From Rhizobacter sp. (lineage in GTDB: Bacteria; Pseudomonadota; Gammaproteobacteria; Burkholderiales; Burkholderiaceae_C): DNA of 50,639 nt. Each line of letters begins with the position of its first letter. Position 1 is the stretch's first letter. The notes beneath the pieces are model-generated. The model did not search any database, was not told the DNA's origin, and saw only the letters and a program-made list of their open reading frames with translations. Below, piece after piece: positions 1-8,608 of this stretch. The stretch spans positions 1 to 50,639 of the forward strand of contig JAYSYW010000168.1 in NCBI GenBank assembly GCA_043727255.1. The letters are read 5' to 3'. Position numbers and translations under genes: made by a program.

Positions 1-252
1 AAGCACCCCGCCATCCAAGAGGCCTGCATCATTTCTTCCCGCGATGCCTACCGCGGCGAGACCGTCAAGGCGGTGGTGGTGTTGCGCGCCGAAGCCAAGG
101 GCAAGACGACCGACAAAGACATCACCGACTGGGCGCGTGAGCACATGGCCGCCTACAAGGTGCCAAAAATCGTGCAGTTCGTGGAAGCGCTACCGAAGTC
201 GGGCTCGGGCAAGGTGATGTGGCGCGAGCTTCAAGACAAAGAATCCGCCTGA
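1..252 (+). CDS. C-terminal fragment of AMP-binding long-chain fatty acid--CoA ligase (5' truncated by window)
   Basis: Frame 1 translates KHPAIQEACIISSRDAYRGETVKAVVV...AAYKVPKIVQFVEALPKSGSGKVMWRELQ*, matching the AMP-binding C-terminal domain with the A10 lysine motif. Confidence 0.9.
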   Translation, partial: KHPAIQEACIISSRDAYRGETVKAVVVLRAEAKGKTTDKDITDWAREHMAAYKVPKIVQFVEALPKSGSGKVMWRELQDKESA

Positions 253-396
253 AGGTGAAGGCGAAGGTGAGGGCGGCCATGTCATGGTGAGGGTCAGCCG
301 CCCGCCACGGCTCCATGAATCACAATTGACACTCGCCCTTCGCTGAGGCATCAAGCAAGGCGTGGCCCACGCCGTGGGCGAGGCGATGCCCCCCTC

Positions 397-2664
397 ATGC
401 AGTTCATGTCATCCAATTGGTTCGACGCGCGTTCCCGACGGTCGGTGGGCACGCTTCCGACTGCGCGGGCCACGGCCTGGCGCTGGGCTGGCTTGTACGC
501 CGGGCTGGCCGGCTTGTGGATCCTGTTGTCCGACGGCTTGGTGAGCGCGTTCGTCAGCGACCCCGCATTGATGGCGCGGGTGCAGCAGATCAAGGGCCTG
601 TGCTTCGTTGCCCTGACCGGCCTGCTGGTCTACCTGGCCGTGTTGCGCACCGCGCGCACGCTGCAGGCGCAACAGAGGTTGCTGCAGCGCCGGCACGCCG
701 AAATCTCCGTGGTTGAAAGCCGCTGGCGCCACCTGATGACGAACCTGGAGGAAGTGGCCTGGTTCGCCAACCTTGATGGCCAGCAGGTGCGCTACGTCAG
801 CGCCGCCGCCGAGCGTGTTTATGGCCGCGCGGCGCAAGATTTTCTGGCCGACCCGGCCCTGTGGCTGTCACTCGTCCACCCCGACGACCTGCCGATGGTG
901 CATGAAAGCCTGCGCAAGATGCACGCCGACAGCCGGCGGCAGATCGAGTACCGGGTTCGCCACATCGACGGCTCGTGGCGCTGGGTGCGCGACCGCGCCT
1001 CTGTGCTGCACGACAGCGCCGGCGAGGCGGTCGGCATTGGCGGCATCGTCGAAGACATCACCGAGCGCCGGCTGGCGCAGTCGGCCCTGCGCCAGCGTGA
1101 GTTGCAGCTTGCCGACATCGTCAACACAGCGATGGACGCCATCATCTCGGTCGATGCGCAACACCGCGTCGTGCTGTTCAACCGCGCCGCCGAAAAGATG
1201 TTCGGCATCGAGGCCCGCTCGGCCATCGGCCACCCGATCGAACGCTTCATTCCGATGGCCCTGCAGGCAGCGTCCAACGGCCCGAACCCTGCCGGGGCGC
1301 AGGTTGAGTCGATCACCGACCGCATCGGTGGTCTGCACGACTTGCGAGGTCAGCGTGCCGATGGCGAGGTGTTTCCGTTCGAGGCTTCGATGTCCACACT
1401 CGACACCGAGCAAGGCCCGAGGATGACCGTGTTGATGCGTGACATGTCCGAGGTGCGGGCGGCCCAGGCCGCCCGCGAGGCGCAAGCCACGGCCGAAGCC
1501 GCCAGCCGCGCCAAGACCGACTTTCTTTCCCGCATGAGCCACGAACTGCGCACCCCGCTGAACGCGGTGCTCGGGTTTTCGCAGTTGCTGCAAACCACCG
1601 AAGACGAACCCCTCAGCGAACGCCAGCGTTCGCAGGTCGAGCACATCCACCAAGCCGGCTGGCACCTGCTGGCGCTCATCAACGACGTGCTCGACGTGTC
1701 GCGCATCGAAGCCGGCCAGTTGCAGGTGCAAAACGACCGGGTCGCGCTGGCGCCCCTGGTGGCCGAAGTGCTGCGCATGTGTGAATCCCAGGCCGAACAC
1801 CTCGGCGTCGTCTTGCACCCGCTGCCCGCTGGCGCGCCGGCGCTGCAAGTGCGGGGCGACCGCACCCGGCTGCGGCAGGTGCTGCTGAACCTGCTGTCCA
1901 ACGGCATCAAATACAACCGGCGCGGCGGCGAAGTGCGGGTGCGCCTGTTCCGCGAAAGGGGCTTCATCGGCATCGAAGTCATCGACAACGGCATCGGCAT
2001 GTCACGCCAGCAAACGCAGCACTTGTTCGAGCCCTTCAACCGCCTGGGCCGCGAGCGCGGCAGCATCGAAGGCACCGGCATTGGTCTGTTGCTGACCCGC
2101 GAACTCGTGCACCTGATGAACGGCCGCATCTCGCTCGACAGCGAGCAAGGCCATGGCACCCGGGTGCAGGTGTGCCTGCCCGATGTGGAACCGGCCGACG
2201 ACAACCTGCGCAGCCCGGTGCCCACGCCGCCTCCGGAGGCCGAGCCGGTGACTGAACCCGGTGCGATGGTGGGCGGCCTGGTGCTCTACATCGAAGACAA
2301 CCCCGTCAACGCGCTGGTGGTGCAAGAGCTGGTGACGCAGTGGTCGGGCGTGCGGCTGGTGACGGCTGAAGACGGCACGAGCGGCATCGCGCAGGCCCGC
2401 AAGCTGCAGCCCGATCTGGTGTTGCTCGACATGCGCCTGCCCGACATGGACGGCACGGCCGTGCTGCACACGCTGCGGGCCGACCCGGCCACGCGCGACC
2501 TGTGGGTGGTGGCGCTGTCGGCCAGCGCCATGCCTGAAGACGTGGCCGCCGCTGTCGCGGCCGGTGCGCTGGAATACTGGACCAAGCCGCTCGACTTCAA
2601 GCGTTTCGTGAGCGACATGCGGCGTTTGTTGGCGGCGCGCCGGTCAGAGTCGTGCAGGGTCTGA
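397..2664 (+). CDS. Membrane-anchored PAS-domain hybrid sensor histidine kinase with C-terminal receiver
   Basis: Two N-terminal TM segments, PAS/PAC domains, H-box FLSRMSHELRTPLNA, N-box NLLSNGIKYN, G boxes DNGIG and GTGIG, receiver LYIEDN...LLDMRLPD...KP. Confidence 0.93.
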   Translation: MQFMSSNWFDARSRRSVGTLPTARATAWRWAGLYAGLAGLWILLSDGLVSAFVSDPALMARVQQIKGLCFVALTGLLVYLAVLRTARTLQAQQRLLQRRHAEISVVESRWRHLMTNLEEVAWFANLDGQQVRYVSAAAERVYGRAAQDFLADPALWLSLVHPDDLPMVHESLRKMHADSRRQIEYRVRHIDGSWRWVRDRASVLHDSAGEAVGIGGIVEDITERRLAQSALRQRELQLADIVNTAMDAIISVDAQHRVVLFNRAAEKMFGIEARSAIGHPIERFIPMALQAASNGPNPAGAQVESITDRIGGLHDLRGQRADGEVFPFEASMSTLDTEQGPRMTVLMRDMSEVRAAQAAREAQATAEAASRAKTDFLSRMSHELRTPLNAVLGFSQLLQTTEDEPLSERQRSQVEHIHQAGWHLLALINDVLDVSRIEAGQLQVQNDRVALAPLVAEVLRMCESQAEHLGVVLHPLPAGAPALQVRGDRTRLRQVLLNLLSNGIKYNRRGGEVRVRLFRERGFIGIEVIDNGIGMSRQQTQHLFEPFNRLGRERGSIEGTGIGLLLTRELVHLMNGRISLDSEQGHGTRVQVCLPDVEPADDNLRSPVPTPPPEAEPVTEPGAMVGGLVLYIEDNPVNALVVQELVTQWSGVRLVTAEDGTSGIAQARKLQPDLVLLDMRLPDMDGTAVLHTLRADPATRDLWVVALSASAMPEDVAAAVAAGALEYWTKPLDFKRFVSDMRRLLAARRSESCRV

Positions 2665-2890
2665 GGGGCCGCCTCACCCCATTGAACTCGCCGTACAAAG
2701 GCGACCCCGTGATGCTGCCAAATGATGCGCACCCGCCTGCGCTTCGCGGCGGTTTGCCGCGCTCCCTGCGGGCATGATGCGGGCTGACCGTCGGCGCGTT
2801 TGAACTCGCCGGCTTGGGCCCCACCGGGTTTCGAGAGCCACCTCCCATGCAACGCAAGACCCCGGCCGCCGCCATGGCGGGCACTTTCCC

Positions 2891-3538
2891 ATGACCGCTC
2901 CCGTGCCAATCCCAGGCCCGGACGCCGATGCAGCGAAGGACGGCCCGGCGCTTTCCGATGTGCTGATGGCATTGGCGCGTGACACCCACCGCCAGCGCAT
3001 CTCGATCGCCGACTTGCACGGCGCGCTGGGCAACCGGGCGCAGGGCGCGCTCATGTTCTTCTTCGCGGTGCCCAACGTGCTGCCCACGCCGCCCGGCACG
3101 TCGGCGGTGCTGGGGGCTCCGCTGATCTTTCTGGCCGCGCAGTTGATGTTCGGCCAGCCCCCGTGGCTGCCGGCGTTGGTGGGGCGGCGCTCGATGGCGC
3201 ATGGCGATTTCGCGGCGGTGGTGCGCCGCATTGCGCCCTTGCTGGTGCGCGCCGAGACGCTGCTTCGGCCCCGGTTGCCCGGCGTGGTGCTGCCGCCGTC
3301 GGAATACCTGATCGGCCTGGTGTGCCTGCTGCTGGCCTTGCTGCTGGTGCTGCCCATTCCGCTGGGCAATGTGCTGCCTGCCTTGGCGATCAGCGTGCTG
3401 GCTCTCGGCCTTCTGGCCCGCGACGGGCTGTGGGTGTTGGCGGGCTTGGTGGTCGCCACGGCCTCGGTGGTGGTGGTGTCGGGCGTGGTGTTTGCGATGG
3501 CGCAGGCGGCCATCTACCTCGTCACCCGGTTCTTCTGA
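2891..3538 (+). CDS. exoD: Exopolysaccharide biosynthesis protein ExoD family
   Basis: Motifs PNVLPTPPGTSAVLGAPL and LPIPLGNVLPALAI; hydrophobic membrane protein. Confidence 0.85.
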   Translation: MTAPVPIPGPDADAAKDGPALSDVLMALARDTHRQRISIADLHGALGNRAQGALMFFFAVPNVLPTPPGTSAVLGAPLIFLAAQLMFGQPPWLPALVGRRSMAHGDFAAVVRRIAPLLVRAETLLRPRLPGVVLPPSEYLIGLVCLLLALLLVLPIPLGNVLPALAISVLALGLLARDGLWVLAGLVVATASVVVVSGVVFAMAQAAIYLVTRFF

Positions 3539-3565
3539 GCGCCCGGGGCAGGGCGCGAAGGCGGT

Positions 3566-4159
3566 TCAGAACCGCGAACCCGGCTCGGTGAGGAACGCCA
3601 GTTCCTGGGCCGAAGATTCCCGCCCCAGCACCGCGTTGCGATGGGGGAAGCGCCCGAAGCGCTGAATGATCACGCGGTGTTGGTGCGCGTAGTCGAGCAT
3701 GCTGTCGAACGCCGGCGCTTGGGCGGCCAGTTGGGTGAACAGCCGCACCGCCTCGTTTTGCAGGTCCAGGTCTTCGGCGTGTTCATACGGCATGTAGACG
3801 AAGGCGCGCTGGGTGGGTGGCAGCTCGCCGTCAAGGCCCGACGCCACCAAGGCCTGCGCTGCGGCCAGTGCGAGCGGGTCGCCGGCAAAGGCGCGTGGTG
3901 TGTCCCGAAACACGTTGCGGGCGAACTGGTCGAGCAGCACGATGAACGCGAGCGCGCCTTCGGGGCTGGCCGTCCAGCCGGCCAATTCGCCGCGCAGGGC
4001 TTGTTCGATCAGGCCGCTGAAGCGCTGGGTGATGTCGCGGTCAGTGGCTTCGCGTTTGACGAACCAGAGGTCTCGAAACTGGCCGTGTTCGGCATCACCG
4101 GGTGTGCCGAACCAGAACGCCAGCACCTGTTGTGCTTCGGGTGGCAGGGCGTTGTTCAT
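3566..4159 (-). CDS. DUF924 family protein
   Basis: VLAFWF, LLDQFARN, FVYMPYEHAE and IQRFGRFPHRN motifs; the ATG at 4159 overlaps the upstream stop (ATGA). Confidence 0.9.
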   Translation of the reverse strand: MNNALPPEAQQVLAFWFGTPGDAEHGQFRDLWFVKREATDRDITQRFSGLIEQALRGELAGWTASPEGALAFIVLLDQFARNVFRDTPRAFAGDPLALAAAQALVASGLDGELPPTQRAFVYMPYEHAEDLDLQNEAVRLFTQLAAQAPAFDSMLDYAHQHRVIIQRFGRFPHRNAVLGRESSAQELAFLTEPGSRF

Positions 4160-6231
4160 TCGGTGCGGCCGAGTTGCTGCCACAGGTAGCTGAATTCGAG
4201 CGCCTGCAGGTGGGCGCGCTGTTCGTTGTCGGCCGCGCCGGCATGGCCGCCTTCCGTGTTTTCGTAATACAGCACGTCGTGGCCTTGCTCCAGCATGCGC
4301 GCGGCCATCTTGCGGGCGTGGCCCGGGTGCACCCGGTCGTCGCGTGTGGACGTGGTGAACAGCACCTTCGGGTACAGGGATTCAAGGCGCACGTTGTGGT
4401 ACGGGCTGTAGCGCTGAATGAAGGCCCATTCAGCGGGCAGGTCGGGGTCGCCGAATTCGGCCATCCACGAGGCACCGGCCAGCAGCGTGTGGTAGCGCCG
4501 CATGTCGAGCAGCGGCACTTGGCAGACCACCGCGTTGAAGAGGTCGGGGCGCTGGGTCAGGGCCGCGCCCACCAGCAGGCCGCCGTTGCTGCCGCCGATG
4601 ATGCCGAGGTGCCGGGGCGTGGTGATGTTTTGTGCGATCAGGTCTTCGGCGACCGCGATGAAGTCGTCGTAGCTTCGTTGCTTGTGGGACTTGACGGCGG
4701 CTTGGTGCCAGGCCGGGCCGTACTCGCCGCCACCCCGGATGTTGGCCACCACCAGCACGCCGCCGGGCTCGAACCACGCGCGGCCGAAGCCTCCCGAATA
4801 CCAGGGGTGCAGCGCGATCTCAAAGCCGCCATAGCCGTACAGCATGGTCGGGTTGCGGCCGTCGGGCACCGCGCCTTTGGGCCACACCACGAAGTAGGGC
4901 ACGCGCGTGCCGTCTTTCGAGGGGGCAAAGCGTTGCTCGGCGCGCATGCCCGTCATGTCGAACTGGGCTTGGCGCGACTTCAGCAGTTGCCGTTCGTCGC
5001 TGGCGGTGTGGGCCAGGTACAGCGAGTCGGGGGTGAGGAAGTCGGTGTAGGTCAGCAGGTAGTGCTCGGCCAGCGGGTCGTCGGTCAACAGCGGGTCATG
5101 CAGGCTGCTGGCGCCCAGGCTGCCAGGGAAGGGCGCATCGATCTCGCGGCGTGTGAAGGTGGCGCCCTGCTTGTGCCATTGCTCCAGCCGGTTGGCGACG
5201 TTGTCCATCACGTTCAACAGCACGTGGTCGCGGGTGTGGGTGTAGCCGTCGAGCGAGCGCGTGGCCGTGGGCACGAACAGCGGGCGCAACTTGCGCTCGC
5301 CGAGCAGGTAGGCCTCGGCGTCGGTTTCCAGCAGTGAGCCGCTGGGGAAGGTCACGCCATCGACGGTGAGGTCGCTTCGCAGGTGAAGCAGCAGCGTGTC
5401 GCGCAGAAAGCTGGGCGTGGCGTCGCTGGGCACGTCGAGCGGCACCAGCGCGTCGCCTTGCAGCAGGAAGATCTGGTTGTTGTAGAAGTCGAGCGAGCGG
5501 CTGAAGACTGTGCGCTCGAAGCCCGGGGTTTTGTCTACGCCGACGCTCACCGACACGTCTTCGGGCTGCCCCTCGAACACCGTGGTGGCTTGCGCCAGCG
5601 GCGTGCCCCGCGGCCAGCGTTTGATGATGCGCGGGTAGCCCGACTCGGTCATCGAGCCGGGGCCGAAGTCGGTGCCGATGTAGAGCGTGTTCTCGTCGAT
5701 CCAGTCGACGTCGGTCTTGGCTTCGGGCACGTTGAAGCCCTCGGCGATGAACTGCTTGGTGACGCAGTCGAATTCGCGCATCACCTTGGCGTCTGCACCC
5801 CCACGCGACAGCGCGAGCAGGCAGCGGCGGTATTCGGGGCCGAGGGCGACGGCGCCGCCCCAGGTCCAGTTCTCACCTTCGGCCACGGCCAGGGCGTCGA
5901 GGTCGAGCATGGTTTCCCAGGCCGGGTTGGCCTGGCGATAGTCGGCCAGCGTGGTGCGCCGCCACAGGCCGCGTTTGTGGGTTTCGTCTTGCCAGAAGTT
6001 GTAAAGCCAGTCACCGCGCCGCGCCACGAACGGGATGCGGTCTTTGGCGTTCAGCACCTCCAGCAACGCGCTGCGGGTGAGGGTGTATTCGGGCCGTGCC
6101 GTCAGTTCGGCCTGCGCCAGCGCGTTGCGTTCGCGCACCCAGGCGAGGGCGCGTTCACCCTCCACCTCTTCCAGCCACAGGTAGGGGTCGGGCGATGAAT
6201 CGGTTGATGACTCGGGCAAGGCGTCAGGCAT
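4156..6231 (-). CDS. Prolyl oligopeptidase (S9A) family serine peptidase
   Basis: DPYLWLE N-terminus, YGYGGF, ANIRGGGEYG, catalytic GGSNGG, DDRVHP, GGH. Confidence 0.95.
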   Translation of the reverse strand: MPDALPESSTDSSPDPYLWLEEVEGERALAWVRERNALAQAELTARPEYTLTRSALLEVLNAKDRIPFVARRGDWLYNFWQDETHKRGLWRRTTLADYRQANPAWETMLDLDALAVAEGENWTWGGAVALGPEYRRCLLALSRGGADAKVMREFDCVTKQFIAEGFNVPEAKTDVDWIDENTLYIGTDFGPGSMTESGYPRIIKRWPRGTPLAQATTVFEGQPEDVSVSVGVDKTPGFERTVFSRSLDFYNNQIFLLQGDALVPLDVPSDATPSFLRDTLLLHLRSDLTVDGVTFPSGSLLETDAEAYLLGERKLRPLFVPTATRSLDGYTHTRDHVLLNVMDNVANRLEQWHKQGATFTRREIDAPFPGSLGASSLHDPLLTDDPLAEHYLLTYTDFLTPDSLYLAHTASDERQLLKSRQAQFDMTGMRAEQRFAPSKDGTRVPYFVVWPKGAVPDGRNPTMLYGYGGFEIALHPWYSGGFGRAWFEPGGVLVVANIRGGGEYGPAWHQAAVKSHKQRSYDDFIAVAEDLIAQNITTPRHLGIIGGSNGGLLVGAALTQRPDLFNAVVCQVPLLDMRRYHTLLAGASWMAEFGDPDLPAEWAFIQRYSPYHNVRLESLYPKVLFTTSTRDDRVHPGHARKMAARMLEQGHDVLYYENTEGGHAGAADNEQRAHLQALEFSYLWQQLGRTE

Positions 6232-6288
6232 GGGCGGCTTCAGTGCAAGGGCGGGCCGCCACTGACGGCGGTGCGGGGGATGGGCAAG

Positions 6289-6573
6289 TCAGGCAAGGAG
6301 TGCCTGGGTCTCGGGGTGGCGCTCCATGTAGACGCGCATGTACGAGCAAACGGGGTCGATTTTGAGGCCCTCGGCGCGGGCGAGTTCCACGGCCGCCGCC
6401 GCCAGCGCCGAGGCGATGCCACGGCCTTGCAGCGAGGGGTGAACGTGGGTGTGCGTCAGCCGCAGCACGTCGTCCGAGCGTTGGTAGTCGGCCACACACA
6501 GGTGCTGGTCGACCGTGCACTCGAAGCGCTGGGCGGCCGTGTTGTGATGAACCGGGAATTCAGAAGCGGGCAT
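6289..6573 (-). CDS. Small GNAT family N-acetyltransferase (YjdJ-like)
   Basis: Real gene is the C-terminal 94 aa of the 6289..7521 ORF: HTHVHPSLQGRGIA...IDPVCSY motif. Confidence 0.85.
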   Translation of the reverse strand: MPASEFPVHHNTAAQRFECTVDQHLCVADYQRSDDVLRLTHTHVHPSLQGRGIASALAAAAVELARAEGLKIDPVCSYMRVYMERHPETQALLA

Positions 6574-6671
6574 TGGGGGGCACAGGAGCCTGGGTTCACC
6601 AGATTCTGAACGAGCCCCCAGGCCGTTGTGGCGAGTGGGTTGTTCGGCCCGGCCCGCAAGCCCGCGCCGGG

Positions 6672-7229
6672 TCAGCTTTCGGCGGTCAGCCGGCGTGGGG
6701 TGACTTCGACCGAGCGCTCGCCATCGCCCACCCACACGTTGCCGTCTTGCACCGTGACCTGAAGCTGCATGGTGCGCTGCGCCAGCGCCGCGAGCGCCTG
6801 GCTTTGGTCTGAGGGAATAAGCCACACCACAAGGTTGCGTGCCCGCGTGACCTTGTTCTGCACACCGGCCCACCAGATCGGAGAGCTGTGGGTGAAGGTG
6901 TAGACCGTCAGGCGGTCGGCGCGCGGGCTCGATTTCATGATGCGCTTGTCGTCGGGCTGGCCGACGTCGATCCAGTGCACGATCTGGCCCGTGAGGTCTT
7001 TGTGCCAGAGATCGGGTTCGTCGGTGTCCCACAGGCTCTTGGCGAATTCCAGCGTGCCGCGCAGGTCGTCGGCCGGCACCTGCATCGCATAGGCCAGCAG
7101 GCGAATCATCAAGCGTTCGTCCGTCTCTGACGGGTGGCGGGCGATCGTGACGCCATGGTCGCCGTAGACGTTGCGGTCCATGTCGGCGATTTGCAGGTTG
7201 GCTTTGTAGATCGTGGCTTTGATCGCCAT
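6672..7229 (-). CDS. yaeQ: YaeQ family protein
   Basis: MAIKATIYKA...ARHPSETDERLMIRLLA, DEPDLW, WIDVGQPD, RTMQLQVTVQDG. Confidence 0.93.
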   Translation of the reverse strand: MAIKATIYKANLQIADMDRNVYGDHGVTIARHPSETDERLMIRLLAYAMQVPADDLRGTLEFAKSLWDTDEPDLWHKDLTGQIVHWIDVGQPDDKRIMKSSPRADRLTVYTFTHSSPIWWAGVQNKVTRARNLVVWLIPSDQSQALAALAQRTMQLQVTVQDGNVWVGDGERSVEVTPRRLTAES

Positions 7230-7329
7230 GGCGGAAGGGGCCCGTGAAAAGAAGTCGGGCATTGAACCACACACGCCCTGGCGGGCCGGGGGGAGAATCG
7301 CGCCCTCGATTCCCGCAACGCGACACGCC

Positions 7330-7599
7330 ATGACACTCAAAAAATTCGACCTCGAAAAGAACAAGGCCAAGAAGATCGACGGCCAGATGAAGACGGGGGG
7401 CATTCCCGGCCGCTTCGGTCAGGGTGCCGCTGTCGTCGACAAGCGCGAGCAACGCCGCATCGACACCGCCGCCGGCCTGGTGCCCTTCGCCTGCAAGCTG
7501 CCGGCCACGCTGGTCAAGCAACTCAACGACCGCGCCGCCAGCTACGAAGGCGGTGTGAACGCGCTGGTGGCCGAGGCACTGGCCAAAGCGCTGGCCTGA
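7330..7599 (+). CDS. Conserved hypothetical protein with possible C-terminal ribbon-helix-helix
   Basis: 89-aa ORF with typical host codon usage; MTLKKFDLEKNKAKKI...GLVPFACKLPATLVKQLNDRA. Confidence 0.7.
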   Translation: MTLKKFDLEKNKAKKIDGQMKTGGIPGRFGQGAAVVDKREQRRIDTAAGLVPFACKLPATLVKQLNDRAASYEGGVNALVAEALAKALA

Positions 7600-7649
7600 C
7601 GCGGCCTGGTTCAGCCTGAGTCGGGCGATTCAGTTTTCGCGGCGCCCGG

Positions 7650-8480
7650 TCAGCCGTAGACCGTGACCACCTGATAGCCCAGCGCCGCCAGTTGCCCAGA
7701 GGGCGACCACAGCTGGCTCACCTGGTTCACATACCCACCGGCGGCGGCTTGGGCCTCGGTGTCCACCCGCCACCAGCCTTCGGGCGCGAGCGCCTCGCGC
7801 GGCGGGCGAAGCTGCAACTCCCACGACACCGAACTGGCCGGTGTGGGCTTCTTGAAGTGCCCCAGCAGCGGCGTGGGCGGCACATCGGCCAACAACACCG
7901 TCAGCAGTTCGGGCGTCACCAGCGCATCAGCCGGTTCATCTTTCAAGCGCAGGTGGATGCGGCTGTGGGTTGCGTCGCTGCCGCTGAAGGGCATTGCCCC
8001 CTCGGCCCAGCGCGAATCGATGTGCTGAAGAAAGTTGGGCGCAATGCCTCGCATGAAGGGCATGGCGGTTGCGGCTTCGGGGCCGCGCGCCGTGGCGGGC
8101 ATGGCGGGTTCAATGGAAGCCAGCACCGTTTCGCGTTCGGTGCCAAACACGCCCAGCAGCAGCGCGGCGGTCTGCCCGTCTTGCCGCACCAGCGCCTGGA
8201 TCTGCCGCACGTTCTTGCCTTCGCGCAGCGTTTGCACCATCACCTGCACCGTGCCCAGCGCCACGGGGCCGATGAAGCTGGTTTGCAGCGCGCGCAGTTT
8301 CACGCCCTCGGGCCAGGCGACGCCGGCAACGTCGCGCATGGCTTGCACGGCCAGGGTGGAGATCAGGCCGCCGAAGGTGGTGCGGCCTTGCAGCCAGTCG
8401 TCGGAGATGCTGAAAGAAACGACATCGGCCTCACGTTGCCGGTCACGGATCACATCGCACAAGGGCTTGAATTCAAACAT
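7650..8480 (-). CDS. Acyl-CoA thioesterase family protein (double hotdog fold)
   Basis: WLQGRTTFGG, LREGKN, AAAGGY motifs; start codon uncertain. Confidence 0.85.
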   Translation of the reverse strand: MFEFKPLCDVIRDRQREADVVSFSISDDWLQGRTTFGGLISTLAVQAMRDVAGVAWPEGVKLRALQTSFIGPVALGTVQVMVQTLREGKNVRQIQALVRQDGQTAALLLGVFGTERETVLASIEPAMPATARGPEAATAMPFMRGIAPNFLQHIDSRWAEGAMPFSGSDATHSRIHLRLKDEPADALVTPELLTVLLADVPPTPLLGHFKKPTPASSVSWELQLRPPREALAPEGWWRVDTEAQAAAGGYVNQVSQLWSPSGQLAALGYQVVTVYG

Positions 8481-8608
8481 GCTGGTCAACCGAAGCAAGG
8501 GATGCAAAACATTATCAAACCTTGCCCTCGACTGGGCTTTTCAGTCGGGCTTTGCAGCAGGGGCGACACCTAGAATGATCCGTTCTTCGCTGCATCTTGG
8601 AGTGCCGG

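Noticed and set aside
6574-7521. N-terminal ~315 aa of the 410-aa ORF 6289..7521
   Set aside because: Out-of-frame shadow over yaeQ; only the last 94 aa look like a real protein (GNAT).
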